Source: an uncultured bacterium
GTDB lineage: Bacteria; Omnitrophota; Omnitrophia; Omnitrophales; CAZLUT01
Assembly: GCA_964562805.1 (NCBI GenBank)
Contig: CAZLUT010000003.1
Location: forward strand, 6,707-70,706
DNA length: 64,000 nt
Reading direction: 5' to 3'
The translations under genes and the position numbers were made by a program. The notes below the pieces were generated by a model. That model did no database searches. It saw only the letters and a list, made by a program, of their open reading frames with translations, and was not told the origin of the DNA. This document shows, piece by piece, positions 28,320 to 38,349 of this stretch; position 1 is the stretch's first letter; each line of letters opens with the position of its first letter.

Positions 28320-29518
28320 TATTTAAGTACCTGGCGAATTGTATCCATATCCTTGTCTCCGCGGCCCGAAAGACAAATAACAATCGATTCTGTTTTTTTC
28401 ATTTTCTTAGCAAGCTTTACAGCAAGACTTACCGCATGCGCTGACTCCAAGGCCGGAATAATCCCTTCTTCATATGATAATTTTTTAAATCCGTCCAAGG
28501 CCTCTTTATCCGTAACACCAAAATAAGAAGCTCGTTTTACTTGGTGTAAATACGCATGTTCCGGCCCTACTGAAGGATAGTCAAGTCCCGCAGAAATCGA
28601 ATGAGCTAATTTGATTTGACCTTCTGAATTTTGAAGTACTCGGCTTTTCATTCCGTGAAGGACACCCGTCTCACCTTTTAAAAGTGACAAGCCGTGTTTT
28701 CCGGTATTCGCCCCAAGACCCGCGGCCTCAGCGCCAAAAAATTTCACTCGTGTGTTTAAGAAGGGGTAAAAAAATCCGATTGAATTACTTCCTCCTCCAA
28801 CGCACGCAACGAGCGCCGTGGGCAAACTCCCTTTCAGCTTTAGAAACTGCCTCTTGGTTTCAAGTCCGATCACCGTTTGAAAATCTCTTACAATCATCGG
28901 ATAAGGATGAGGTCCCACGACACTTCCGAGCAAATAATGAGTAGTTTCAGATGTGGCAACCCAATCCCGAATGGCATCATTCGTAGCATCTTTCAGAGTT
29001 TCAGCACCTGAGGTGACCGGAATAACTCGCGCTCCTAAAAGTTTCATCTTATAAACATTAAGGGCCTGCCGCTCAATATCCTTGGCACCCATATAAACGT
29101 CACATTCAAGACTAAAAAGCCGGGCTGCTGTCGCTGCGGCCACACCATGCTGACCAGCTCCGGTCTCAGCTACGACCCTCTTCTTTCCAAGTTTTTTGGC
29201 AAGAAGCGCCTGGGCTACCGTGTTATTAATTTTATGAGCGCCCGTGTGAAGCAGATCTTCTCTTTTTAAGAAAATTTGGGCTCCACCCGTCGAATGTGTA
29301 AGATTACCCGCAAACATCAAAGGTGTAGGGCGTCCCGCGTAAGTTTCCAAAACTTGAGTCAGCTCTTTTTGAAACTTTTTATCCTTTTTTAGTTTCCGGT
29401 ATTCCTTCTCGAGCTCCAGAAGAGCTTTCATAAGGGTCTCAGGCACAAACTTCCCCCCAAAACCGTCAAATTTTCCTTTGCTATCCGGCAAATTGTATTT
29501 TTTATTTCTTTTAGCCAT
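28319..29518 (-). CDS. trpB: Tryptophan synthase beta chain
   Basis: [36 protein letters not shown]; start set at MAKRNK because the upstream ATG lies inside the promoter. Confidence 0.96.
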   Translation of the reverse strand: MAKRNKKYNLPDSKGKFDGFGGKFVPETLMKALLELEKEYRKLKKDKKFQKELTQVLETYAGRPTPLMFAGNLTHSTGGAQIFLKREDLLHTGAHKINNTVAQALLAKKLGKKRVVAETGAGQHGVAAATAARLFSLECDVYMGAKDIERQALNVYKMKLLGARVIPVTSGAETLKDATNDAIRDWVATSETTHYLLGSVVGPHPYPMIVRDFQTVIGLETKRQFLKLKGSLPTALVACVGGGSNSIGFFYPFLNTRVKFFGAEAAGLGANTGKHGLSLLKGETGVLHGMKSRVLQNSEGQIKLAHSISAGLDYPSVGPEHAYLHQVKRASYFGVTDKEALDGFKKLSYEEGIIPALESAHAVSLAVKLAKKMKKTESIVICLSGRGDKDMDTIRQVLK

Positions 29519-29559
29519 TCTTTTAACCTGTATGCGTATATTTATTAGTTGAAGTTGAG

Positions 29560-29588
29560 AGTCTATCATACGCTTAACTCATGGGCAA
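29560..29588 (-). promoter_or_regulatory. Sigma70-type promoter of the trpB operon
   Basis: TTGCCC-17 nt-TAGACT with a TG extended -10. Confidence 0.55.
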
Positions 29589-29601
29589 TATGACAAAAAC
29601 G

Positions 29602-29643
29602 ATGAATAGTGAATAGTGGTTAGCGTGTAGTGGTTAGTGTAGA
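29602..29643. repeat. Heptamer tandem repeat, family B, in opposite orientation (GTGGTTA-like on +)
   Basis: atgaata/gtgaata/gtggtta/gcgtgta/gtggtta/gtgtaga. Confidence 0.6.
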
Positions 29644-29651
29644 ATAAGGAC

Positions 29652-30476
29652 ATGTTTATCTACATATCCTTATTATTCGCGGCCTTTGTCTTGCTCTATA
29701 TTTTGACTGGCAAGCTAACGCGTCTCATTAAACGCACGAAACTGCTAAATGCTCCTTTTTCGTTTGAATGGGAAAAAATTTTAGAAAAAAATATTTTCTT
29801 TTACCGCCACCTGCCTCAACACTTTAAAAAAGAGCTTAAGGGAGACATTCAAATTTTTTTAAACGAAAAAAGGTTTAAGGGCTGCGGAGGTCTCAAAATT
29901 ACCGATGAAATCCGCCTGACAATAGCAGCCGAGGCCTGCATCCTTCTTTTAAACCGGAAATCTAAATACTATCCCCATCTATCCACTATTTTTGTATATC
30001 CTCACATCTATGTTGGAGGTGAAAACCGACTCTCGTCCACCGGTATTCCAATCGAAAATAAAAGTGCTCGAGCCGGTGAATCCTGGCATCGAGGCCCTCT
30101 CGTTTTAGCTTGGGATGACGTAAAAAATTCATCAAATCAAAACACTAAAGGGCATAATGTTGTTCTTCACGAATTCGCCCACCAGCTGGATCAGGAAGAT
30201 GGCGAAGCCGACGGCGCCCCCATCCTGCCCAAAACAATGAGATATGCCGAATGGACTCGAGTGTTTAAAAAGGAATACAACCATTTACTAGACGATGTTA
30301 AATTTCAAAGAAAAAATGTGCTGGATTACTACGGGGGGACAAATCCGGCAGAATTTTTTGCAGTTGCTACCGAAACTTTTTTTACCAAACCACAGGAATT
30401 AAACCGGGATGAGCCGGAGCTCTACCAGGAACTCAAAACGTACTACGCCTTAGACCCGCTCAAATGGATCGATTAG
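29652..30476 (+). CDS. mtfA: MtfA-like zinc-dependent peptidase (M90)
   Basis: GESW...LAW, HNVVLHEFAHQLD, TNPAEFFAVATETFF. Confidence 0.9.
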   Translation: MFIYISLLFAAFVLLYILTGKLTRLIKRTKLLNAPFSFEWEKILEKNIFFYRHLPQHFKKELKGDIQIFLNEKRFKGCGGLKITDEIRLTIAAEACILLLNRKSKYYPHLSTIFVYPHIYVGGENRLSSTGIPIENKSARAGESWHRGPLVLAWDDVKNSSNQNTKGHNVVLHEFAHQLDQEDGEADGAPILPKTMRYAEWTRVFKKEYNHLLDDVKFQRKNVLDYYGGTNPAEFFAVATETFFTKPQELNRDEPELYQELKTYYALDPLKWID

Positions 30477-30489
30477 GTTTTTAACGGTT

Positions 30490-30684
30490 TTAAAATTCCG
30501 GATATTCAGGTGTATCCCCTGAATATGAAGCGTTGGTATCAGCGTTCAAAAATTCCATCTGGCCGCCGTAATTGCCACCATCTGAAAATTCACCTTCATC
30601 ATTAGGGGTTGGCCCCATACAAGCAGACCCTACCATAGCTAAACTCAACAAAAGCAGAATAAGAACTAACAATCTTTTAATCAT
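30490..30684 (-). CDS. Small acidic lipoprotein
   Basis: Hydrophobic leader with GSAC lipobox; AGGAAAGGA RBS; TATAAT upstream. Confidence 0.6.
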   Translation of the reverse strand: MIKRLLVLILLLLSLAMVGSACMGPTPNDEGEFSDGGNYGGQMEFLNADTNASYSGDTPEYPEF

Positions 30685-30814
30685 TTTTATCCTTTCCTGG
30701 ATTAGTAAAAAACAGCCAAATTATACCTTAAATACCGCAACTTCCGACTTTTAAGTTATAAATTTTTATATAAAATGGGTTAACACGCTATAATTGTTTA
30801 AACATCTAAAAAAT

Positions 30815-31888
30815 ATGAAAATAAAACTAATAATCATCTTTCTGCTTTTCCTTCCGCTTTTAAAGCCGGTTTTTACCGCATCAGCCGAACCCAGCGACAC
30901 GGTCGCACCCGGATCATTTGAAGAAGATGATGAAAAAACAATTCGCTCATATGAAACGCTTCTCAAGAAATATCCGGAAAATGAATCTCTTTACATTGAA
31001 TTAAGTAATATTTATCTTCGTACAGAACGCTTGCCGAAAGCTAAAGCATACCTGCAGAAGGTTCTTCTTATTAATCCTCAAAACACGGAAGCTCTGCTTC
31101 TTTTGGGCGACATTCACAGTGCTAATAATGAATATGAAAAAGCTATGGGATATTTTGATAAAGCGCTTCAAAGTCAGGCGGAATTTCCAGATTCGCTACT
31201 GCCGGGTGCTGGCATGCAAAAAAACAAAAAAGAGATCCCTCGAGATTCAAGGTTAAGTTTAGTCGGTATTAAAATTGCCTCGACATTTGATGCTCTGGGG
31301 CAGCCTGAAAAAGGAATACTATACAACGAAAATGCTATCGCCATCAATCCGGACAATCCGGAAGCTTATAAGGGTCTTGGTAAACTCTATAGCCATCTTG
31401 GCAAGTATGAGCTGGCTCTCAATTATTTTCAAGAGGCCTACATGATGGATCCGACTGATTTCGAGTCCTGTCTTAATATCGGAAAAATTCTTTCCCGCCT
31501 AGGCCGTGACGAACGATCAATTATTTATCTTAAAAAATCATATGAATTAAGTCCCGAATCCGTATCAATTCTGGACTATTTGGGACACGTGTATATCAAA
31601 TTAGGAAATTACGACGAAGCAATTAATTATTTTAAGAAGGCTATTAAGGCCGATCCTGAATCAATTAATCATTACAATTACCTGGGAAGTGCTTATTACT
31701 CAATGGGAGAATATGAAAAAGCGATTAAAACATTCCAGGACACAATAAAGATTGATCCAACTAATAGTAAAATTTATGAAAATTTGGGATATATTTTTAA
31801 ATACTTGGGCGAGCCTCGCGAAGCGGATTATTATTTTTCAAAGTATAAAAAACTTTTGGAATCCGAAAAAAAAGATTCTAGCCTTTAA
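30815..31888 (+). CDS. Secreted tetratricopeptide repeat protein
   Basis: Signal peptide from MKIKLII; many tandem TPRs; TATAAT at 30789-30794. Confidence 0.88.
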   Translation: MKIKLIIIFLLFLPLLKPVFTASAEPSDTVAPGSFEEDDEKTIRSYETLLKKYPENESLYIELSNIYLRTERLPKAKAYLQKVLLINPQNTEALLLLGDIHSANNEYEKAMGYFDKALQSQAEFPDSLLPGAGMQKNKKEIPRDSRLSLVGIKIASTFDALGQPEKGILYNENAIAINPDNPEAYKGLGKLYSHLGKYELALNYFQEAYMMDPTDFESCLNIGKILSRLGRDERSIIYLKKSYELSPESVSILDYLGHVYIKLGNYDEAINYFKKAIKADPESINHYNYLGSAYYSMGEYEKAIKTFQDTIKIDPTNSKIYENLGYIFKYLGEPREADYYFSKYKKLLESEKKDSSL

Positions 31889-32237
31889 ATTTTATTCCTT
31901 CCCCGCTTAAAAGTTTCCGTAAATACTCACGTTTGTCACCTTGGATTTCTACGACACCACCCTTAGGTCCTTCGCGATAGGTGCCTCCTGTACCGCACTT
32001 TGATTTTAGGCGCTTTGCCAAATCTTTCAAAAAAGGAATAGACGCCGGCAATTCATCAATAACAGTGACCAGCTTCCCGCCTCTACCCCCGGTCTCAATT
32101 CTTAATTTGGCGACAAAGCTATTTAAATCGAAAGAGTTTTTGAGATTACAAACACACTCCGGCACCAAATGTTTACACTTAGGACATTTCTTGTTTTTGT
32201 CAGAATCTGTTGAATAAACAAGGATGGAATCGCTAAT
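31878..32237 (-). CDS. yciH: SUI1/eIF1-like translation initiation factor YciH, apparent ATT start
   Basis: Frame extends upstream of the TTG to ISDSILVYST...CPKC...CVC; core ETGGRGGKLVT, LKSKCGTGG, EIQGDKR. Confidence 0.85.
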   Translation of the reverse strand: MSDSILVYSTDSDKNKKCPKCKHLVPECVCNLKNSFDLNSFVAKLRIETGGRGGKLVTVIDELPASIPFLKDLAKRLKSKCGTGGTYREGPKGGVVEIQGDKREYLRKLLSGEGIKFKG

Positions 32238-32248
32238 AGGTCTACCCT

Positions 32249-33016
32249 TTATGATATGAAACCAAGATTAGTTTTCTTAACCCAACCTGTCTCACCGCTC
32301 GGTAAATCAATTCGATACCAATCGCCTGACTGATCCACAGCCTTTACCGCTACGCCTTCGGCTAGGTGAAAAGCTGCTTTTTCGTGATTTGAAGGACCGT
32401 ACCTGACTTCTGTTTTTGAGGTTAACACGATAGCGTCCTTATAACGAAGATCATATAACTTGAATCCCAAAAGCACTAAGCTTGCTATTAAGAGTGTTAG
32501 AAAAAGGCGCCGGCCTCTATAGATCCATCTCCGCTGTTTAAAAAAACGTAAAATAGTAAAAAACAAGACTCCGATATAAAAAATCAGGGCAAGATTAATA
32601 ACCTCCCCCTTCCTGAAATACCGGGATTGCTTAATGAACCATTTAATAACAACAGGGGTTGAATCTTCGATTTGAAGCGGCACTTGAGAATCAGCTAATT
32701 TTAAATTAGCCCGAATATCTTTTGATCTGGGGTCAAGTCTTAATGCTTTCTGATAATTTAATATCGCAAGACCCAATTTCTTCGATTTATAGTAAGCATC
32801 ACCCAAATTGTAATAAATATCGGGATCACGGGACTTTTTTGAGAGCATCTTTTCATACATTTCGATGGCCCCTTCATAATCCTTCTCCTGATACATCTTG
32901 CCGGCTTCGTCCCATTCCAGCGTTGGTGAAACTTTCATAAGCTCGCAGGCGCCGCTCGCTGCCCCTAAAAGAACAATCGCACCCGCTAAAATCAAACTAC
33001 CGAATCTTTTTTTCAA
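32249..33016 (-). CDS. batE: BatE-like TPR plus SH3 protein
   Basis: YYNLGDAYYK...AILNYQKALRLDP, two TM segments, C-terminal SH3 (WYRIDLPSGETGWV). Confidence 0.8.
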   Translation of the reverse strand: MKKRFGSLILAGAIVLLGAASGACELMKVSPTLEWDEAGKMYQEKDYEGAIEMYEKMLSKKSRDPDIYYNLGDAYYKSKKLGLAILNYQKALRLDPRSKDIRANLKLADSQVPLQIEDSTPVVIKWFIKQSRYFRKGEVINLALIFYIGVLFFTILRFFKQRRWIYRGRRLFLTLLIASLVLLGFKLYDLRYKDAIVLTSKTEVRYGPSNHEKAAFHLAEGVAVKAVDQSGDWYRIDLPSGETGWVKKTNLGFIS

Positions 33017-34976
33017 GACGCTTTACCATCCCTTCCAATATCTTAATAAGGTTCCTGCCTTCATCCTCTGAGATCAGATTTAGAGCAAAACGGGCCCGGT
33101 CAGTAACTTCGTAAAAATCTTTGATTTGCTTTTGAACTTCATCTTCGATCGCAAAATGCTCCATTTGCGCTTCAATTTCAGTAAGAGTAAGTCCGCCGGC
33201 TGAAACATTGAACTTATCCGCTAGATACTCACTCATCACCTGATGCGCTTGAGCGAAAAACTCTTTCCGTTTTTCTTCTGACTGATCGCGGGTGAGCCCT
33301 TTAAGCTTACGAATACCTCTGAGAGCCCTTCCTTGGGCTTTGAGACGCCGCTTAAGGCCCTTATGCTGACTGTAAAAAAGTTCCTTTCGGTGATTCCAGA
33401 ATAACACAAGCGTTGCTATTGTTAAAAGCCCGGCCAGGCCGCTCAGAATACGGTTCGTTATCGGTTCATAAACCAAAAGGGTGTTATCATCATCCTTTTG
33501 TCTTATAAAATGGATTCCGCTTTCTTCAATCTCAAGAGTTTTTTTGTCAACTGCGATTTGTTCGGGAACCGTGTAGGTATACGAAGGATCACCCTTTTCG
33601 ACCTTCACTTTAAAAGATTTGGATTTTTGAACATGATAACTTCTCGTCCCGGGGTTAAAGTAACTAAACTCAATAGGAGGAATTGTCAGCATCCCTTCCT
33701 GAGATGGAATAAGGGTTAATTCGTAAGTTTTTCTTCCTTGAATAATGTTAAAGTCAGGGGAAACTTGAGAGCTTGAATCTGTTTCAAAAATTTTAACACC
33801 TTCTAAAGTTGGAAGATCAGGCCTTTCAATTGTTTCGACATTACCGGCCCCCTCAACTGTCAAAGACAAAGCTAAGGGTTCATTCTGCCGGACAGAACGC
33901 TTGTTGAGAACCGCTTCAAATCTATAATCCCCCACTGCCCCCCTGAAACTCACGGGTTTTCCTTTTTCAGGCAACGGCTTTGCCGTAATTTTGATGGGAT
34001 TCGCTCTTAAAATACGCGGGGTTTTTCTAGCAAAAAAACCGCCACTTTTAAAAAAGCTGTCTCCAAAAAAATCATCTACATATCGATTGCGGCCCTTGGG
34101 ATGCTCAATAACCATTGCCCTAACCGTTCCGGGTTCAACCCCAAAAATACCGCTTCGTGTCGGAAAAAGCGCGATTTTGCGAAAATCGGAAGTCTCATAT
34201 TTAAGCCCTCCTACTTTCACAACCCGCTTAGTCGGCCTTCTTTCAGCCGGAAATTCTTCAGTCCAAAATCCTGTCGTAATCGGCTCTTCCTCAAAACGCT
34301 CTAGCGTGGCATCGGTCCGGTAATAAATTGAGTAAGTTAAAGTTACTTGCTCTCCAACAAAAACTTCGCTTCGGTTTACCCAGGCTTTCATAAAAATCTC
34401 GTCCCCCTCCTGTGCCGCCGGAACAAAATCAGGGCTCCCGGGAGCCCTCACAGCACTTGGCGCGGGGCTCTGTGAAGGGGCAGAATAAGGTTGAGGTGAA
34501 AGTTGACTCGCTTGATGAGCTTTAGGATTGGTTAATTGGCCAGCCTTACCTAAAACTTCGATTTGAGCGGGTGCAGTTCGATATGTTGAACTGCCGACTT
34601 CAACTTCAATGGGAGGTATTGTAAACTTACCTGCCGTCAGAGGAACCAGTGTAAACGTAAATTCGGTATGAGCTCGTTTTTTTCCATTGATAATAGCGAT
34701 CTCGGAGGAGCGGCCCAAATAGTAGACATTAAAACCTTTTAGCTGAGGAATTCGAGGTCTTTCAAGGCCTCCGGCGGTCCCTTCAATAATAATTTTCATA
34801 CGGATTTCCTCGTCAATGTCGATAGATTTTCTATCAAAAGTGATAGTGACATTGAGAGCTTCATCTGGAGTGGCGGCAATAGATGGTCCCGAACTAAATA
34901 CCAGCAATACTAAAAAGGTAAATAATATTTTTTTCATAAACTGGCTAAATTCTAACAGAAAGTCTAAACTCATCAA
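32997..34976 (-). CDS. batD: BatD family protein
   Basis: Signal peptide, VFVGEQV, FRGAVG, GAGN, FSYFNP motifs, C-terminal TM; start may be MKKILF at 34937. Confidence 0.85.
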   Translation of the reverse strand: MMSLDFLLEFSQFMKKILFTFLVLLVFSSGPSIAATPDEALNVTITFDRKSIDIDEEIRMKIIIEGTAGGLERPRIPQLKGFNVYYLGRSSEIAIINGKKRAHTEFTFTLVPLTAGKFTIPPIEVEVGSSTYRTAPAQIEVLGKAGQLTNPKAHQASQLSPQPYSAPSQSPAPSAVRAPGSPDFVPAAQEGDEIFMKAWVNRSEVFVGEQVTLTYSIYYRTDATLERFEEEPITTGFWTEEFPAERRPTKRVVKVGGLKYETSDFRKIALFPTRSGIFGVEPGTVRAMVIEHPKGRNRYVDDFFGDSFFKSGGFFARKTPRILRANPIKITAKPLPEKGKPVSFRGAVGDYRFEAVLNKRSVRQNEPLALSLTVEGAGNVETIERPDLPTLEGVKIFETDSSSQVSPDFNIIQGRKTYELTLIPSQEGMLTIPPIEFSYFNPGTRSYHVQKSKSFKVKVEKGDPSYTYTVPEQIAVDKKTLEIEESGIHFIRQKDDDNTLLVYEPITNRILSGLAGLLTIATLVLFWNHRKELFYSQHKGLKRRLKAQGRALRGIRKLKGLTRDQSEEKRKEFFAQAHQVMSEYLADKFNVSAGGLTLTEIEAQMEHFAIEDEVQKQIKDFYEVTDRARFALNLISEDEGRNLIKILEGMVKRLEKKIR

Positions 34977-34988
34977 ACTGTCAAATTT

Positions 34989-36404
34989 TTACTTTCTTTT
35001 AAAGCTAGCGAGCCATTCGATTTCAAACTGCTTAAAATTTTTGCCGGTCATTTCAAAAAAACTTTGCGAAAAAGCCTTACCCTCGCCCGATTTTTTTAAA
35101 AGCTGATCTATTTCACCCCATCCATATTTTTCAAGAAGATATCGGACTAATAAATAAGATTCTTGATAAAAAAGAGCGACATCAATCGGCTCGCGAAGCA
35201 GTTCGGGTCTCTGGTTGAGAGATTCCAGTGAAAAAAGAGCGCCCACTTTTTTCGCGGCTAAAAATATGGTGAGTGAAATTGGTTCAACGCGGTTTTCTTC
35301 GATTTGAGCCAACCCTTCATTCAGCCAGACAGGGCATTTTCCTTTGGTTATTTCATAGATAAAGGCATGCGTTAGCTCGTGATAAACTATCTTTTGATAT
35401 TGTTTTTCCCAATACCCCACTCCAAACGGCAAACGCAATTTTCCGTCATAAAAGCCACCCGCCCAATGGGGGGCCCGATTCAGCTGAAAAAAATTCTGCG
35501 GGTCATAAAAAATGACTACGATTTTTTTAACGGGTTTGAAGTTAAAATCTTCGGCTAACTGCCGGTAAGCCTCACGAAGTACCGCACGCAAAGACTCACG
35601 TTCTTTCTCCCATTCTTTCTTATTCCACTTAACAATAAAATTCTCCGTTTGAAATTCTTCAAGAGGTTCCTCAAGAGGCATTTCTTCGGTAAGGCGCGCT
35701 AACTTTTCCCGTATTACCGGCGTTCGCCGTATCTCAACCGCCTGAATCCACGCCGCTTTTGCCTCGGGAAGCCTTTGATTCTGGTAATAGAGATCCCCCA
35801 AAAAAGAACAGGCTTCATAGCTCGGATAAATTTCTACTGATTTCTTGGCCAGAGGCAGGGCATCAGAAAAATTTTTCTTTTTATAGAAAGAAACGGCCAG
35901 ATTATGAAAATCAATCGAAACTCCTCTCCTTGAATCTTCCGGAATCGTTTTTTTGTCAGCAAATTCGATAAGAGTTTTTATAAGCGGAGTTCTTTCCTTT
36001 GTTGAAATCGTCTGTAAAAGGCCGCGAAGCATTAACCAAAACCTTTCTTCATCCTTACCAGATTTTATAACACCGTCCGCTTTCCGAAGGATCACTTCTA
36101 CTCCGGTCCAATTTTCCTTTTCGGCATCGGCCCGAGCAAGCTCGCCATAGACAGCCAGTAAATTTTGACGAACGACTTCGTTTTGAGGGTTTAATTCATA
36201 TGCTTTTTCAAAATTAAAACGGGCTAAATTCCATTTTTTTTGATTAAAATAATCAAGCCCCTTTTGATGGATCCCCGAAACTAAATAGTCCTTTTTTAAT
36301 TTCTCTGTATCTTCCGTGGCAGCAAGAGTCCCGATGAGTAGAAATCTAATAACAACCAAGGTGACGATTAAAAGAATCCAAGATGTTATTTTTATTGCTT
36401 TCAT
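34989..36404 (-). CDS. TPR-containing peptidase MA-like (gluzincin) metallohydrolase
   Basis: TPRs, WAGGFYDGK, HELTH, PVWLNEGLAQ; start set at MKAIK. Confidence 0.85.
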   Translation of the reverse strand: MKAIKITSWILLIVTLVVIRFLLIGTLAATEDTEKLKKDYLVSGIHQKGLDYFNQKKWNLARFNFEKAYELNPQNEVVRQNLLAVYGELARADAEKENWTGVEVILRKADGVIKSGKDEERFWLMLRGLLQTISTKERTPLIKTLIEFADKKTIPEDSRRGVSIDFHNLAVSFYKKKNFSDALPLAKKSVEIYPSYEACSFLGDLYYQNQRLPEAKAAWIQAVEIRRTPVIREKLARLTEEMPLEEPLEEFQTENFIVKWNKKEWEKERESLRAVLREAYRQLAEDFNFKPVKKIVVIFYDPQNFFQLNRAPHWAGGFYDGKLRLPFGVGYWEKQYQKIVYHELTHAFIYEITKGKCPVWLNEGLAQIEENRVEPISLTIFLAAKKVGALFSLESLNQRPELLREPIDVALFYQESYLLVRYLLEKYGWGEIDQLLKKSGEGKAFSQSFFEMTGKNFKQFEIEWLASFKRK

Positions 36405-36412
36405 CTTCGTTC

Positions 36413-36433
36413 TATTCACTATCCACTAATCAC
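36413..36433. repeat. Heptamer tandem repeat, family B
   Basis: tattcac/tatccac/taatcac. Confidence 0.45.
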
Positions 36434-36440
36434 GGAAATT

Positions 36441-37568
36441 TCAACCATGAAATTTCCTGGCAAATTCAATCCTCTTCTTGATTGAGGGATGGCTATAAAA
36501 AAGTCTTTCAACCCACGGATTAGGATCCGGGTCTGCTAGATTTTGATCTGCCAATTTTTCAAATGTTGAAATAAAGGCATCTTTGTATCCGGTCACACGA
36601 AGCGCAAACTCATCCGCTTGGCGCTCATAAAAGCGGGAAATCGCTTTCAAAAAAGGTCCTGCGCCAAGCGTTATAATCCAAAGCATAAGTGCTAAGGACG
36701 GAAAAAACAACGGATCTGCCGGAGATAAACCGGACCTTTGACTCAAAAAGTTTAAAAGTAAAAAGCAGACATAAAATAACAATAAAGAAAATACAGCGTT
36801 TGCTAATATCCCCTTCAAAATATGGCGATATTTGTAATGACCGATTTCATGAGCTAGAACCACTTCAATTTCATCCTCGGAAAAATTCTGGATTAAAGTG
36901 TCAGCCAACACAACCCGCTTTGATTTTCCAAGCCCCGTAAACATGGCGTTTGCTTTTTTAGTTGTCCGGCTTAAATTAAGTGAGAAAAAGTTCTTAATCC
37001 GAAGCCCGTGTTTTTCTCCCATTTTCCAAATTTTCTGCTTCAATGTTTCGCTCTCTATTGGGCCGTACTTATAAAATAAAGGAACGATCCACAGAGGAAC
37101 AATTTTTGAAAAAAATAAGGAAAATGCAAAATAAAAAATCCAGGCGATCCACCACCATTCAGATGAATATTGCCGTATTAAAAAATAAAACACTTGAATT
37201 AAAAGCGAGGCAATACCAAAAGACAAAAGCGCTTTTTTTATTTCATCGATTATCCATGTTTTAACCGTATGATTCGAGAGCTCAAATCGTTTCTCAAGAA
37301 CGAAGCCCGAATAAAAGCAAAGCGGCAGGTCAAAAATCAAAAAAACAAATGAAAATAAAATAAAATATATTTGGAGCTCTAAAAAGGGATTCCCCGCAAA
37401 GCTTGCCAGTGAACGGATGAAGCCTCCGAGGGGAGTTAAGGTTAAAATTAAAAGGATAGTTCCTGTTATTCCTAAGCTAATGAAGTAATTCTGATGCTGA
37501 AGCCATTGATATTTCTTTGCTTTTTCCAAAGTGCCCAATTTGGATAAATTTTTTTCTGAAAGCGCCAT
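36441..37568 (-). CDS. M48 (Ste24-like) membrane metallopeptidase
   Basis: NAMFTG, VVLADTL, LAHEIGH, ERQAD, SHP; multiple TM segments. Confidence 0.92.
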   Translation of the reverse strand: MALSEKNLSKLGTLEKAKKYQWLQHQNYFISLGITGTILLILTLTPLGGFIRSLASFAGNPFLELQIYFILFSFVFLIFDLPLCFYSGFVLEKRFELSNHTVKTWIIDEIKKALLSFGIASLLIQVFYFLIRQYSSEWWWIAWIFYFAFSLFFSKIVPLWIVPLFYKYGPIESETLKQKIWKMGEKHGLRIKNFFSLNLSRTTKKANAMFTGLGKSKRVVLADTLIQNFSEDEIEVVLAHEIGHYKYRHILKGILANAVFSLLLFYVCFLLLNFLSQRSGLSPADPLFFPSLALMLWIITLGAGPFLKAISRFYERQADEFALRVTGYKDAFISTFEKLADQNLADPDPNPWVERLFYSHPSIKKRIEFARKFHG

Positions 37569-37577
37569 AAATCCTAG

Positions 37578-38318
37578 TTACGGCCTCTCATCAAGCCAGC
37601 TTAAAATCGAATTCATTAGAAAATCGCTATTTTCGATCATCTGAGTGCCATGCCCTGCCATCGCTAAATCAATCAGAGTGGCCTGTTTGGAAATCCGGGC
37701 CAAATGACGGGCTGCTTCTGCTGAACTCAAGTCTTCGGCGCTCGCCGAGTAAAAAACAGGGCGATCACCATATTCTTGGGCCGACGGTATTGATTCAAGC
37801 CCTCGATAATCAAGTCCCGGCGAAAGAAGCAGGATTCCGCCAAGCTCAGGCTCCCTCGCCGCAAACAAAAGTGCCGCATTTGCCCCAATGCTAGCTCCCA
37901 TAATAAATATTGAATTGGGATCAACCTTTTCCTTTTTGACGAGATATTGATAAACGGTTTCAATGTCCATCGGCATTTTTTGAAATTCTTTACGGGAGAA
38001 GGTGCGCCACGAGATCTCACGCCCGTTTTTTGAAATACTGTCGCCATGGCCTCTCAGGTCTACTGCGACTGATGAATAATTATTCTCCGCCAAAATTTCC
38101 TGGGTCGCTTTCCAGCTCACTTTAGTTCGTGAGAGCATGGGAAGTAAAATAACGGTTCCTTGCGCCTCCATCACTTTTCTATACAAGGCATGAATCAGGA
38201 CACCGTCTTTCGTCTTAAGTTTGAGTAGCTCCCCCTCCGCCCAAACAGTCGGCGACAATAACAGGCATGAAACAACTAACGCTACAACAAATCGAAATTT
38301 GTATCTTACTTTTTTCAT
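37578..38318 (-). CDS. Secreted alpha/beta hydrolase
   Basis: Signal peptide, DLRGHGDS, GASIG nucleophile, LLSPG, HG. Confidence 0.85.
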   Translation of the reverse strand: MKKVRYKFRFVVALVVSCLLLSPTVWAEGELLKLKTKDGVLIHALYRKVMEAQGTVILLPMLSRTKVSWKATQEILAENNYSSVAVDLRGHGDSISKNGREISWRTFSRKEFQKMPMDIETVYQYLVKKEKVDPNSIFIMGASIGANAALLFAAREPELGGILLLSPGLDYRGLESIPSAQEYGDRPVFYSASAEDLSSAEAARHLARISKQATLIDLAMAGHGTQMIENSDFLMNSILSWLDERP

Positions 38319-38321
38319 CTC

Positions 38322-38349
38322 TCAGATCTTAGATCTTCGCCCTCAGATC
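38322..38349. repeat. Heptamer tandem repeat, family A
   Basis: tcagatc/ttagatc/ttcgccc/tcagatc. Confidence 0.6.

Noticed and set aside
29519-29569. trp attenuator or N-terminal extension of TrpB
   Set aside because: No Trp codons or terminator hairpin; the upstream ATG lies within the predicted promoter.
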